Below, piece by piece: positions 14,021 through 29,049 of a stretch of 64,000 nucleotides of DNA. Origin of the DNA: the human T2T-CHM13v2.0 reference genome, Homo sapiens. Under the pieces are notes generated by a model that worked only from the letters and a program-made list of their open reading frames with translations, was not told the DNA's origin and searched no databases. The DNA lies in NCBI RefSeq assembly GCF_009914755.1, contig NC_060931.1. One strand, written 5' to 3'. How positions within the stretch are numbered: position 1 is the first letter of the stretch; each line of letters begins with the position of its first letter. Made by a program: the position numbers and the translations under genes.

Positions 14021-14799
14021 GGGGGGTTGCAAGCTTTGGCAGGGAAGGCATCCCTGAGAGGTGTCATTTGGTAAGGACCTGCGAAGGAGAGGGAGAGAGC
14101 CATGTGGCTATCATGGGGAAGAGCAACTTCCCTAGAGGAAAAAAGGAATGAAGAAGCCCCCCAAAGAAAAACATAGCCTGTGTACTGATGAGGAAGATCA
14201 AAGAGAGAGGGACAAATGAATGACGCAGGAGCAAGAGAGGAGAATTGCTGCAGTATGGCCCCTGAGCAGGCGAGCTCAGTCTAGCCCAGAAGGGCAGGGG
14301 TTGACATTTGCTAGTGGCATAGGCAAGTACTTGAGAGTGAAAGGCCTGGAGGCAGAGTATAGGGCACAAATACAGGTGTAGATATGGTGATAGAAAATTC
14401 TTCTAATTTCTTAATGTGACCTAGGAAGCAAGGTCATCTGCTGAGAGCAAGGATTAAGGAGGAGGTGTTGGCAATTTGAAGGGAAATGAGAAGGTACGAA
14501 ATAGTCATCCACGAGAGGTGGATGGAATGGGTCTATCCCTGGAAAGGACCAAGGAGTGTCAGCCTGTTTGCCCAGCAGCATACATGGACCACTTGAGGTT
14601 AGTGGTTATGAATTATAGAGATACCAGTCAGCATGGTGAATGTTTTTCTCCAACATGTATGGGAAGATAGGCAAGGTACATGCAGAGAGTTGGCTTGGAC
14701 CACAATTGTGGTTTATGCACAGAAGCAAAGAGGGGCAAGGGATTTGAGAGTGTGTGTAAGGGAGTGAGTAGAGTGATTGACCATGGAATTTGAGATAAG

Positions 14800-15130
14800 T
14801 CAGATCCATCAAGCAGAAAATCAGTAAGGATATAGCTGAACTGAACAGCACCACCATCAATCAACAAGATATAATGGGCATCTATAGATGACTTTATCCA
14901 ACAACACCAGCACACACATTTTTTGCACACTCACATGAAGATTCGCCAAGATACAACACATTCTAGGCATAAACCATACCTTAACAATTTCAAAAGAATA
15001 GGAGTCATACAAAGAATGCTGTCAGACCACATGGAATTAAACTAGAAATCAACAACAGAAAGATAGCTGGAAAATCCCAAAACATTTGGAGATATGCATT
15101 TCTAAATAACACGTGGGTCAAAGAGGAAGT
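14800..15130 (+). mobile_element. old L1 (L1M) ORF2 endonuclease-region fragment
   Basis: cagaaaatcagtaaggatata...ggaattaaactagaaatcaacaacag. Confidence 0.75.
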
Positions 15131-15177
15131 CTATCTTAGTCCAGTTGGGCTGCTATAACAAAATATCATAAGCTGGC

Positions 15178-15918
<741 letters not shown>

Positions 15919-15924
15919 AGAGAA

Positions 15925-16905
15925 AAGGAACTGCCAAATATTTTCCAAGATGATTGTATCTACTAACAACGTATGTCAGTTTTTAAATTTTAGCCATTCT
16001 AGTAGGTGTGTAATTGATATCACCTGGTGGTCTTAATTGGCATTTCCCTAATGACAAATAATGTTGAGCATGTTATTATGCAGTTGTCTTCTGTATATTT
16101 TCTTTGTTGAAGTGCCTTTTTACAACTTTCTTTTTTTTTTTAATTTTTCATCAATTGGTTGATTTTTTTGAGACGGTCTTGCTCTGTTGTCAAGGCTGGA
16201 GTGCAGTGGCATGATACATCTGACTGTAAACTTGAATTCCTGGGCTCAAGTGATCCTCCTGCCTTGGCCTCCCAGGTAGCTGGGACAACAGGCATGTGCC
16301 AGCATGCCTGACTTTTTTTTTTTTTTTTTTTTTTGTAGAGATGGAGGTCTTGTTCTGTTGCCCAGGCTGGTCTTGAGCTCCTGGCCTCAAGTGATCCCCC
16401 TGCCTCAGCCTCCCAAAGTGTTGGGATTGAAGGCATGAGCCACTGTGCCTGGTCCACTCTTTTAAAGAATTGAGTTGTTTTGTTTTATTATTGAATTTTG
16501 AGACTTAAAAAGAAATATTGAGGATACAACTCCTTTGTCAGATTTTTGTTTTGCAAATATTTTCTACCAATCTGTGACTTTTTTTTTTTCATTTTCTTAA
16601 CTATCTTTTGAAGATTAGAAGTTTTAAATTTGTATTTAAGTCAAATTGATCACATATTCAGATTTTCATATTTAGGCCTCTGATCCATTTTAAGTTTAAT
16701 TTTGTATATAGTATGACATATGCATCAAGGCACATCTTTCTTATATATATGGATATTCAGTTGTTGAGACTATTCGCTCTCCGTTGCATTGCCATTGTAC
16801 CTTTGTTGAAATTTAATTGACGGTATATGTATGGGTCTGTTTCTGGACTCTCTGTTCTGTTCCATTGACGTATGTGCCTATCATTTGCCAATGCCTCACT
16901 GTCTG
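15925..16905 (-). mobile_element. old L1M ORF2 fragment (interrupted by Alu)
   Basis: agccattctagtaggtgtg...gcatttccctaatgac...gggtctgtttctggactctctgttctgttccattg. Confidence 0.75.
16162..16454 (-). mobile_element. AluJ
   Basis: Antisense Alu with expanded central T run. Confidence 0.88.
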
Positions 16906-16916
16906 GATTCCTGTAG

Positions 16917-17091
16917 CTCAGTGGCCCTCAAATCTCCTCTACCTCTGAGGATATTAGGCAATGTCTGGAGATATTTTTGGTCATTATAATTGATGGGTAG
17001 AGGTCAGGGCTGTAAATAAATATCCTGCAATGCACAGGACAGCCTCCCACAACAAAGAATTATCTGGCCTAAAGCTAAGGCTGAGAAACTC
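16917..17091 (+). mobile_element. MER20 (hAT) fragment
   Basis: ggcaatgtctggagatatttttgg...tcctgcaatgcacaggacagcctcccacaacaaagaattatctggcc. Confidence 0.75.
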
Positions 17092-18303
17092 TATGTGGCT
17101 TTACAGAAGAGTCCTGGAGTGAAGTCATGTGACCTAACAAAAGCAGTTTTGGAGGTGCAAGGAGAATATTATGAACATGCAAGACTGCTGTGAGGATAAC
17201 ACTGGATGCCATATGTAAATGTCAGGGCACATGGCTCATGATGATTTAATGCTATTTCCTCATTATTTGTGACTGCTCCTGACCTTGACCAAGTTTTCTC
17301 TTAGCAATCCCTTCAGTATGGCCTCTGTACTTGTCTAGGGCCTCCATATTAGGTTTTGAGCCCCACTCTGACGAGTCCTCTATTAGTAGGTCCCTGCTTG
17401 TCTCTCTTCTGCATGTACAAGCATTGCTTGTCCTGCTATTGGGCCTTTGCTTTCAAGATGGTGGCCACCTGCTCACTGAAGAGAATGGGTCATCAGGCCT
17501 TGCTGTTCTGTAAGGGCCCTTCCTGGGCCAAGTTACCAAAGGTTATGACCTGGTGGATGACTTCCTTTTGTCTTATTCTGATCGTAGGCTTCCTGGCCAC
17601 CTTGACTATGTGGATCTCTTGGCCAGGATGGACCTCAAATAGCTTGCTGTAGTTCTTCCAATCTGTAAATTTTCCCTTGCTTGATGTTCATTTGACCATT
17701 CATTCTTTCATTCTATAAATGTGCCAGTCACAGTGCTATGTTCAAGGACTAGAGTAAGGAACAAGATAGATATAATACTTGCCTTCATGGAGTTTACATT
17801 TTGACTGGGTTCAGAGACATTACATTGCTTAATAAGTGCTCAAGAAAGATTTGCAAAATGAATGATGGTCAGTTCTCCTATGCTCTGTTTATATAATGTG
17901 AATTCATTTATATTTTATCTATGGCGGCTTTCATGCTTCAGAGGCAGAGCTGAGTGATTGTAACAGACACAACATGGCCTGCAAAGCCTAAAATATTTAT
18001 TATCCAACACTTTACAAAAACGTTTGCTGTTCTGTGGTCAGATGCCTCAGATGTGTTCGGAGGAGAAGGTCATCTGGGGATACCCTCTGTGTTAGGGGTG
18101 AGGGGAAGCAGGCACTGCTGGGAACCACATGGGATCACAGACTCTTATGAACATGATGGCTTGTGGTGAAGAAGATGTTTTATCTTCTTGTCTGAAATAT
18201 TAGTCCAGTTGGCACCACCTTCACACAGAAACCTGGAAAAATTCCCATGATGCCATCCCCCAAGGCAGTTTCTAGAGGAGAGGAGGAAATATTCTTTCTT
18301 CTA

Positions 18304-18615
<312 letters not shown>

Positions 18616-18689
18616 CATACACAAAGTACTGTGTGTGAATGAGAAATGTCTGTCTACCAAAATCTGTCCTCCCAATTCCATAGTGTGGA

Positions 18690-19900
18690 GTGGTGTCTGC
18701 CAGACAGCTGCCCAGTCAGGGACTACATTTCCCAGCTCCCTTGTGTCCAGTTGTGGCCACGTGACTAGTTCTCATTAAGGGAATATGAATGAGTGTGACC
18801 GGTCGCTTGAGGAAGCAAAGAAGGGGCTGTAATTGCTCCAGACCTTCTTTCCCCTTCTGCTATCTGGTTCCAGAGGACTCTGGGGCGCTAGGGCAGGGCT
18901 TCTCAAACTTCTATGTATAGGTGGTCCCTAACTTAATGATGGTTAGACTTACAATTTTTTGATGTTATGATGGTGTGAAAGTGATACAGTAGAAACCATC
19001 CTTCAAGTACCCATAGAGCCATTCTGTTTTTTACTTTTAGTACAGTATTCAATAAATTACATGAGGTATTCAACACTTTATTATTTATTTATTTTGAGAC
19101 AGGATCTCACTATGTTGCCCAGGCTGGTGTGCAGTGGTGCAATCACAGCTCACTGCCACTTTGACCTCCCTGGTCTCAGACGATCCTCCCACCTCAACCT
19201 CCTGAGTAGCTAGGACTACAGGCTTGTGCCACCGCACCTAGCTAATTTTTGTATTTTTCTTTTTTTTGGTAGAGATTGGGTTTCATCATGTTGCCCAGGC
19301 TGGTCTCGAACTCCTGGACTCAAGGATCCATATGCCTCCCAAAGTTTTGGGATTAGAGGCATGAGCCACCACACCCGGCCCTCAACACTTTATTCCACAG
19401 TAGGCTTTGTGTTAGATGATTTTGCCCAACTATAGACTAATATAAGTGTTCTGAGCATTTTAAGGTAAGCGAGGCTAAGCTATGATGTTTGGTAGGTTAG
19501 GTATAGTAAATGCATTTTCTACTTATGATATTTTTCAACTTACAATGGGTTTAGTGGGATGTAACCCCATCACAAGTAGAGGAGCATCTGTATATGAGTC
19601 ACCTGGCCATGGGCATCTTCTTAAAATACGGCTCTGAAACTGTAGGTCTAGGGTGGGGCCTGAGATCCTGCATTTCTAACAAGCTTTCAGGGATGTCCAA
19701 GCTGCTGGCACACAGGCCAGTCTTTCAGAAGCAAGTCTCCTAGGGGACAGTGGAGCTGGAGAATGAAAGGAACACAGGGCTCTGAATCACTGCACAAGAA
19801 AAGCCACCTCTTCAACCAGCAACTTCTGACCTGTCACCTGAGTGAGGAATAAGCTTTTTGGGGGCGTTGAAGGGTGAGGGTTATTTGTCACAGCAGCTAG
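18690..19900 (+). mobile_element. nested cluster: MLT1 > MER5A > Tigger3-type > AluJ
   Basis: MLT1 motifs (gactacatttcccagctccc; ttatttgtcacagcagc) are split by MER5A (cagggcttctcaaact...tgcatttctaacaagct). MER5A is split at TA by a Tigger (~18917-19591), which is split by an Alu (19083-19380, TSD tcaacactttatt). Confidence 0.7.
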
Positions 19901-20428
19901 TCTTCTAGAAGTAGTTCAAATGATTCACTGCTGCTCTTTTCAATATCTTGGCAGGGTAATTCAGGACAAAATCATCCCCGCTGCCCCTTCCCCTTAGCGA
20001 GGCTGTGTGTTCCAGATGACTGCTTTATGTTTTAAGGTATTTATACCTAACTATGCATTTAAACCTTACAAAGCTCTCACCCTGTACCATTAGGTCCTTG
20101 ATGATGGTGGTGGTTAGAAAAAAAAAACACCTTGGTTTTATCTTTGTTGACTCAGATTAAAAACGGAGTGAAAATGTGTTTTGGGGTTGGGTTGTGAGGA
20201 AATGGCCTCTTCTGGTGGGAAGGTCAGTGGAGAACAGGCTATGAGGGACTTTGGTCTTGAGAGGCCAATGCAGGGAGTTCAGCTGGGAGTCTCTTATCCA
20301 AGAGGCTGGCTGGTGAGTGGCAGGACCCCATTGCAGGCTGCAGGGCTGAGGTTGGCTGAAACAGCCCAAATGTGCTGCTTGACATGAGTAGCAGGAGCCT
20401 GGACAGGGAGTCAAATGGGATATGTGGG

Positions 20429-20431
<3 letters not shown>

Positions 20432-20482
<51 letters not shown>
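20432..20482. repeat. (TG)~25 microsatellite
   Basis: Direct read. Confidence 0.95.
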
Positions 20483-20486
<4 letters not shown>

Positions 20487-21044
20487 TATTTAGAGGAGCT
20501 GCAATTGGAGCAGAGAGGCAGAGGGAGTCTGGAATAGTCCTGGCCCAGACTGGCAGAGGCCTTTTACATGCTTCCAGCAAACATTCATGGTGTGGAGGCC
20601 GAGCCCATCTAAGGAATCCTGACCAGCTGGACACCATGTACCTGAATTCAGCCAAGGATATTAGTGGAAAGTTTTTCCCTTCGTTTGTGCAAGGAAAGCT
20701 AGAACAAGAAGGCCTGCCCTGTCATTGTAGCTCTGCTCCTGCCCTTGCCTTCCCAAAATAAGAGCCAGGGCCAGGCCTCCTCAAGCCCTGCTGGCTTCAG
20801 AGGCTGGGCCTGAGCATGAGGAGGAGAAAGTCCAGGGGAAAGAGTTATTGGACTTATTTTGGATAAAGCACCTGAAGGAGTCCCAGAAGCTTAGCTTTAA
20901 TCCCAAGGGATGCTCAAATAACAATATCAGGCTCCTGTGTCAGAACTTTGTGGACACAGGTGCAAGCAAACCTGAGGAAAATCACAAATTGCCCACTCTG
21001 ACTCATCAGAGCTGCTTGCCAGGCTGAAAGCCATTCCTACTCAG

Positions 21045-21412
21045 TGATATGGTTTGGTTGTGTCCCTACCCAAATCTCACCTTGAATTATAACTCCCACA
21101 ATTCCCACATGTCATGGGAGGAACCCTGTGGGAGGTGATTGAATCATGGGATAGGGTCTTTCCTTTGCTGTTCTTGTGATAGTGAATAAGTCTCATGAGA
21201 TCTGATGGTTTTAAAAATGGGAGTTTCCCTGTACAAGCTCTTTTTGCTTGCTGCCATCCATGTAAGACATGACTTGTTCCTCCTTGCCTTCCACCATGAT
21301 TGTGAGGCCTCCACAGCCACGTGGAACTTTAAGTCCATTAAACCCTTTTTCCTGTATAAATTACCCAGTCTCAGGTATGTCTTTATCAGCAGTGTGAAAA
21401 CGGACTAATACA
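21045..21412 (+). mobile_element. THE1 solo LTR
   Basis: TGATATGGTTTGG...GGACTAATACA termini; 5-bp TSD CTCAG on both sides. Confidence 0.92.
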
Positions 21413-22676
21413 CTCAGGGAAATGATGTTGGATTTAGAGAAGAGACCAGTTCTAAAAAAATTATTCAACCTTCAGCAAGCATTCACTGAGAACCTATTCT
21501 ACGGTAGGCATAGCAAATATTAATTCCACAGACATAAAATCAACTTTCAATCCACACCTTGGTGTTGGAGAAAACGTCTGAGAACTTGGAAAGTGAGGGT
21601 TGTGAGTTGGTGTACTGATGACACCTGTCCAGGAAGGTTCATCACAGAATTGTAGATGTACCAGTGAGGCCTCCTGAGCCCTCCCAGAAAGGCTCATGCC
21701 TGCCCCAAGACAGAAGTTCAGGAAGGCTGAGCTTGGTGTCTCCAGCCTCCAGGGCTCGGGAGCCTGGACACAGCACAGGACACAGAGGATGGAGAGTAAG
21801 GAGAGGAGGAACTGAGGCCAGGGGAGAAAAGTGGGGTAGGGAGCACAATGGTGGTCTCCACAAGGCCCGTCCCCTCTGAAGTCTCTACTCCATTGCCAGA
21901 GTGTTATTTACAAGAAACCCACATCACATCAGGTTGTTCTGCCCAATTAGAACCCATCAGCAGTCTCCTGCTGCCTTTTGAATGGAGGCCCACATACTGG
22001 CCAAGGCCGATTAGGCCCTGTGTGATCTGGATTCTGCGGCTCCCAGCCTCCTGCTGGTGACTTCTTTCTCATCCTCTGTGCCTGAGGCAACTGGCTTCTG
22101 TCGGGGCCTCAGATTTGCTAGCCTGATCACTACACCATTCCTTCTTGGGTAATCAAGCCCTGCGGTTGGCCCGCGCCTGGGAGGTTTGCTGGAATGTGGA
22201 TTTTTAGTTTGAAAATCAGGACGGTCACTGGCTAATGGGTGAGTTGATCATCCTGGTTCCCTCAGGCCCTGACTCTCCCCCAGACGCTTCTGTTCCACAG
22301 AGCATGTTCCTGTCTGAGTCCTGGGCACCTTCAGCCTTCAGCAGAGCAGTCACTTCCTCAGGAGAAGCTGGGCCCACCTGCCCCCTCAGCCAGCAAGCCC
22401 CCTGCTATGGTGTCCTTGACTTCTCCCTGGGGGCACCCACCACCCTGCAATTGTGTCATTGGTTGTGGCATTACTTACCTGATGATGAAAAGAGGTGGGG
22501 AACACTGTCAAAGGTGCGGCCCTTGCACAGCACCTGGCACACAGCTGACCGCTCAAACATACTTGCTGAATGGCAGTCCCAGAGCACCACTGCAAATGGT
22601 ATATGTCTTTTAATTAATGATAACAGTACTAATAAAAGTATGTGTCAAGTATTTACTCTGTATTAGTCTCAAGTAA

Positions 22677-22975
22677 TTTTTTTTTTTTTTGAGACAGAGT
22701 CTCACTCTGTTGCCCAGGCTGGAGTGTAATGGCATGATCTTGGCTCACTGCAACCTCTTCCCCACCAGGGGTTCAAGTGATTCTCTTGCCTCAGCCTCCC
22801 AAGTAGCTGGGATTATAGGCGTGCTCCACCATGACCAGCTAATTTTTGTATTTTTAGTAGAGATGGGGTTTTGCCACGTTGGCCAGGCTGGCCTCGAACT
22901 CCTGACCTCAGGTGATCTTTCTGCCTCGGCCTCCCAAAGTGCTGGGATTATAGGTATGAGCCACCGTGCCTGGCC
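22677..22975 (-). mobile_element. AluS
   Basis: TSD agtctcaagtaatt. Confidence 0.92.
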
Positions 22976-25093
22976 CAGTCTCAAGTAATTGATCCCAGGC
23001 TGTTTCTCAGCATGGATGATGGTTCTACATGTGCCTATTTTAAAACTGAGTAAACCATCCAAATGTTTTTGTGTACTTTTTGGCATAGATGTTATTTTGT
23101 CACAATGAAAGTACTAAAATTGGAGTCCCTGGATAGATGTGTGTGAATCTGGGTATCTGTGTGCTCGTGAGTCTCTGTGTGTTCACGTGTGAGTATATAT
23201 ACATATATTCTCAGCCTTTGTCTTGTAGTGCCGCATTTGCTCACTTTGGCTTGCTTTGGGCCATGCCTAGGGCCATCTCAGAGTTGGAAATCCAGATCAA
23301 GAAGCAAGAATCCAGGCATGCCTGCAGAACACAGAGATAGTTGAAGGTATGTCCCTGAATCTTATGACCCCTGCTAATTTTTAACATTTGGAAAGGGTAG
23401 TTTACATGGGTCTCTGTTCTGAAGCATTCTTTCTATGAATTTCTCTTTTTATTCCATGTCCATTATGGTTGAAGCAGTTGCAGCTCATTTGTATTATCTT
23501 GTTAAGCGCTGGAAAAATAAATTGGCTCATGTCTTTCCTGGTACCTGGATTTCAAGAAGTCAAATCTTTTCTGTCTTTGCTTCCAGTAGCAAGGCACTCT
23601 TTGCATCCTAACACTTTTGTGAATGCATTTATGATGCATAGGACAGTTCCTTTGCCTAATGGTTCAGCAGTCTCCCTTTGCTGTGGCTTTTGCCTTAAGG
23701 CAAGCATTTAAAGATATTAAGAGAGCGTTCTGCTTTCATTAGCATGTTTTATTCTTTATTCCTAAGAGTCGTTTTAATCATATTAATTTGGAAGGACCCA
23801 CCTGAAATTGCACAACCTCTTGTCTCCCTCTCTCTGAGGTCCCCTCCAGCTACATGGTCTAGGAGTCCCTACCATCTTACCCACTTCTGATGTTCTTCCC
23901 TTGTCTTGACCCCTGTCCCACCCCTTTGCCCAAGCCATGGGCTCCTCCCACTTGGTGGCTTTGTCCTTGTACTCCCTCTGTACCCTTCCTCTCGCTGTGC
24001 GCTGGAAAGGGTCTAAGATTGGGATTTAGAAGCTGAGTGCTATGCTTCTTAGTAGCTGTGTGACTTTGGGCAAATAATCTTAAAGACCACAACTTCTTCG
24101 TCTCTGCAAAGATATAGTCCCCATTCCCATTTTATATAGTGTGAGAATCAAATGGAAATATGCATAATATCACTGTGAAAACAATCATTATATATATCCA
24201 GAGTAATAATCCTGCCATTCTAATGCTAGGTTAACTCTACTGTTCATGTCCTTGGCTCCTGGCCCTGGAACGAGGCTAGATGTCTTACTGTTAGGGAACA
24301 AATCCTGTATACACATGGGCTGTGTCAGGTGAAGAGATGGCCCAGGAAGTCCTAGGCAGAGCATGCTCTGTTTCAGAAATGCCTGCAGAGAAACAGGGAG
24401 GCTTGAATCACTCCTGCTCTCAGAAGTGTTTTGGAAGGAGTATTCTTTTATTTAACAACTCCTTGTTGAGCACTTACTCCATACCAGACTTTGTATTAAG
24501 ACGGACCTGGGTTAGAATTCTAGATCTGCCCAAGGGTACACAGTAAGACTGGTTAAGCCTGGAACCAAGAACCAAGGGTATACAGTAAGACTGATTAAGC
24601 CTGGAACCCAGGACGATGGGGGATGCCCCATCCAGAATAATAGGAAGAAAGGGGGGATGCCTTCTTTTTTCTTTTTTTTCCCGTCCTTTGTTCTCTTCAT
24701 GAGTGGCAGATGGGTAATCGCATCTCCATACCACAGGACATGCCCCTTGGATGCATTCTCCAAAACTGGGAAAAGTTTAATTTCCTCAAATCTTAAACTT
24801 CTTGGCTTAAAAATAAACTGGAAAGAAATTACAAGACTCAGCTTCGAAACCCAGTACACCATGCAGGAAGTCCTCAGATTAGCCTCTTAAGTCTTTTATA
24901 ATGGAGAGTAGAAAAAGGATGACAGGGCTAAGCCTGTTGGGTGGGGCAAATGGCATCCCCTCCCTCCAAAAGAAAATATTAAACTTCTTACCAGTCAGAC
25001 TTCTGGCTTCTCTCTCTGTGCAAACTGGTTGTAGAAATGGTAAAAATCACTGTATTCCCTGCCCCTCCATGCACAACTTCTGATTTCTCTCTC

Positions 25094-25389
25094 TTTTTTT
25101 TTTTTTGTGACGGAGTCTTGCTCTGTTGCCCAGGCTGGAGCGCAGTGGCGCGATCTCGGCTCACTGCAAGCTCCGCCTCCCTGGTTCATGCCATTCTCCT
25201 GCCTCAGCCTCCTGAGTAGCTGGGACTACAGGAGCCCGCCACCCCACCTGGCTAATTTTTTTGTATTTTTTAATAGATATGGGGTTTCACCATGTTAGCC
25301 AGGATGGTCTTGATCTCCTGACCTCGTGATCCGCCCGCCTTGGCCTCTCAAAGTGCTGGGATTACAAGCATGAGCCACCGCGCCCAGCC
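25094..25389 (-). mobile_element. AluY
   Basis: AluY diagnostics; TSD tgatttctct. Confidence 0.9.
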
Positions 25390-25620
25390 TGATTTCTCTT
25401 CTTGAATTTTCCTTTCTCAGAGCTACTTTTGTGGACTCTAAATTTTGTAAAAATTGCTTATCACTTTTCTAAAAATACCTTGTACACTCATGGTTAAGTC
25501 ATAACTTTAGTTAAAACTTATTGACTTCACCTTTGAGGTTGCCTTTGGCAAAGCTCAAAAGACACAAGTATTTGCCATTTGGCCAGGCTAAAGTCAGGTA
25601 TAAGAGATTAAAAGAATTTT

Positions 25621-25986
<366 letters not shown>

Positions 25987-28900
25987 CTATACCTATATAG
26001 AGCTGAAATGTTCATGAATATCAAGCAGAACAGAGCTTAACTGAATGGATTGAACTAATAGGAGAGTGAGGTAATCTTTTTTTTTGACTTTTTGCTCATC
26101 TTTATTTTATTTTTCAGAGTCAAGGAAACTTTTTAGCTATTTACAGCTTTTAACAATTGAGTATAGTATACACCCGTGAACAAAATTTGGAGCATATTTC
26201 TCTCTACCTGATTTCTCTAGAATTTGGAAAATTTGTGAGTATTCTTATGGCAATATAGTTATTTGCATAAGTGGAATAAGAATGTTTTCTTTTGCAATAG
26301 AATGCAATTGGAGAAATTTGTTGTTTTACCAAGGCTTTGACTGAAATGGTATGCTTTAAGAAATCAAGCTCGACTTATAGAGCCAATAAAAGCCCCTTGG
26401 GAAAATTGGCCTCATTCCTTGTCTGCACAGTCCCTGTACAGGGTTCTTAACCTGTGGTGAGTAAAGACTGTCACTTTCTAACAGGCCCAAGAGCCCCAAG
26501 TTACCTTGGTACCTTAAGAGAAGAGGAATTTACCCAATTCATAGGTATTTGAGGGTACAAACCCATGGCTGGTACATGTCTTTAAAAAGTATTATCTAAG
26601 AGTCCTTGTGGAACACAGTTCCATCAAAGCCAATTTTAAAAGCCTATGTGAAAAATAATTATTCTTGCTGCACTTTATGCAAATAATCAGGCCAAGTGTA
26701 ATAAGACTAAAGTTAATTGTGCAAAAAAAATCAGTCCTATCATGATTTGTTAACAAAAATAAGGACTGGAGAAATTATGTTTCAAAAGTTATGGCACACC
26801 TGTCATTAAATTCAAGTCTCATAAGTTGTTTTTAAGTTTTTGTCTGGATTTTAGATCAACCCTGCTTATTCCTGTAAACCAACCAGTGATCTCTGGCTGC
26901 AGCTCAGAAGAAACAAAAGGGATGGGTAATGTAAAAATCTGGATCAATGTTCTAATTCTGGGCAATTATCCTCCAAATCCTGTCAGGTGATGGGGGTAAC
27001 CCTGGAGGTTTCTTTTTTGGGGAAATAAGACCAAGGGAGCTAACCAAAGCCAAACCCCATGCACCCAAGTCTTAGCAGGCATAACTGTAGCCACCAGCTG
27101 CCTGGATGTGTCAGCAGCCTCACAAGTTTTGGAGCTGTCCTCATCCCCTTGTTTTGCTTTGGTCCATGTCTTCTAATCTAATAACCCGATTTGTCTCCAC
27201 TTGCCTTCAGGCCATTAAGTTCCAGATGATCCTCAGTGAGGGATACCGTCCTTTCAATATTTAATAATCTCACCCTTCTACACAGACCCTCTAGACTGCC
27301 AGTCAGTGGGACACGACAGAGGCAAAATGCTGTCCCTGTCACCCTTGACCTGGCTGGATACTGCTTTCACCAACTCATGGAGCCAACCCAGCCCTGCAGG
27401 CAAGAAACCAAGACCCACAGAACCACCACTGCCCCTCTGTTAGCAGGAAGCAGTTGCAGAAGGCAGACCTTCGTCCATTTTACCCCAAAGATTTGGGGTC
27501 GTGGACTCTTGAGGGGGAAAATGTTATAGTCGGCAGCTAGTTAGGTAGGCAGGGCAGAAAAGGGCTCTTCCCTCACCACACACACACCAGGAGTGTTGGG
27601 AGACCCTCAGGGCATGGTCAGGTGGTTGTTAACTATTTCTCTAAAGTAATAATTGGTCACAGCTGGTGCCAGGGAAAGACAGGCTCCTAATAGAAAACAC
27701 CTGAAACTAATCAGCAGCTTCCCAATAAGATCTCAGGAGTGGGGAGAAATGCAAGATCCCAGAAGTAGGCCAACGGATAAAACTCCCAGTCAAGAGGTAA
27801 GCTGCGCCCTTGGCTTCTCAGGTCACCTGCTTGGCCCTCTTCCAAGTTGTATTTTCCTTCTTTTCTTCCCTTACTCTTCTAAAGCTTTTTAGTAAACTTT
27901 CACTCCTGCTCTGAAAAGAAAAAATTCTAGATCTGCCACTTAGCTTCAGAAAGGCCCTGTCTTTCTTTTCTTGTTCTCTTGTTCGTGTTTCTCTCATTCA
28001 AGATTTCCAGGAAAATGTTTTAATTCTTTTCAAATCTTCAGTGTCACCTCTACATTTTACAGAGTTGAGCAGACTTCCAGTAGCTGAAAACACAGAAGGC
28101 ATAGGATATGGACTCCCTTGACTCTTTAGTGTTTTTCCAAATCTCTGAAAGACACACAGCCTTCTCGAAGTGGATGAGTGTTCTTCTGCCAAGTCTCATC
28201 TCCACGCGCCCTCTGCCCCGCCCCAGGGTACTTCTTATTCCTTCCCAACCTCCATTTCCTCCAGGCCTTCTGACCACCTCCCTCCCTGCCTGCTGCCCAC
28301 AGTCACTTTCCCTCCTTTCCCCCAGCTCCCTCCCCTTGGGCTGAAAGCAGGCAAGTCACCTCCAGACTAAGAAACAACCAGCCAACCATGAGCAGCAATT
28401 TTCCTGTTTCTCCTTTGAATCGACAACATTTCTGTCAACAAGACCTCTGCCTGCTCACTCCTCATTCACTCGGCGACTTAAATGTACTATTCTACTAAAA
28501 GGTCTCTTGAACCTCCAAAAATAAAAATAAGTGATTCAGTCGTACCCCTGCTTCTGAGTGACATCATTGCACATGTGGTCACTGATGTCACTCCTTGTTT
28601 GTTGAAATCCTCTCTTCCCTAGGGGTTCATGGCCCTGCACTGTCCAGTCTCTCCACTCCTTCCAACCACTCCTTCCCTGACCCATCTCCCCAGTGTGGCT
28701 CCTGTCCCTTTTCCTTTTGCCAATTCTTTACCTTGAAGATCATAATCAACTTTTACTCCTAGGGTAGTGGTTCTCATCCTTGGCTGCCCAACCTTTGTCT
28801 CCTGGAGGAGCTTTAAAAAAAATCCTGATGTCCAGGTCCCATCCCAACCAATTACATCAGAATGTCTAGGAATGGGTCCTGGTGGGGTCTGGGGAGTTCA

Positions 28901-29049
28901 CTCTTAAATCTTTAGACTTAGTTTCTCACTGAACCTAATTTTCTGAAACACCTTCATTTTTAGGCTGTGATTATTGGCTGGATGAATATTTCCATCTGGG
29001 CAATCTAAGAGCCCCGTGATGTCCCTTGTAGATCTGATCCTCTTCCTAT

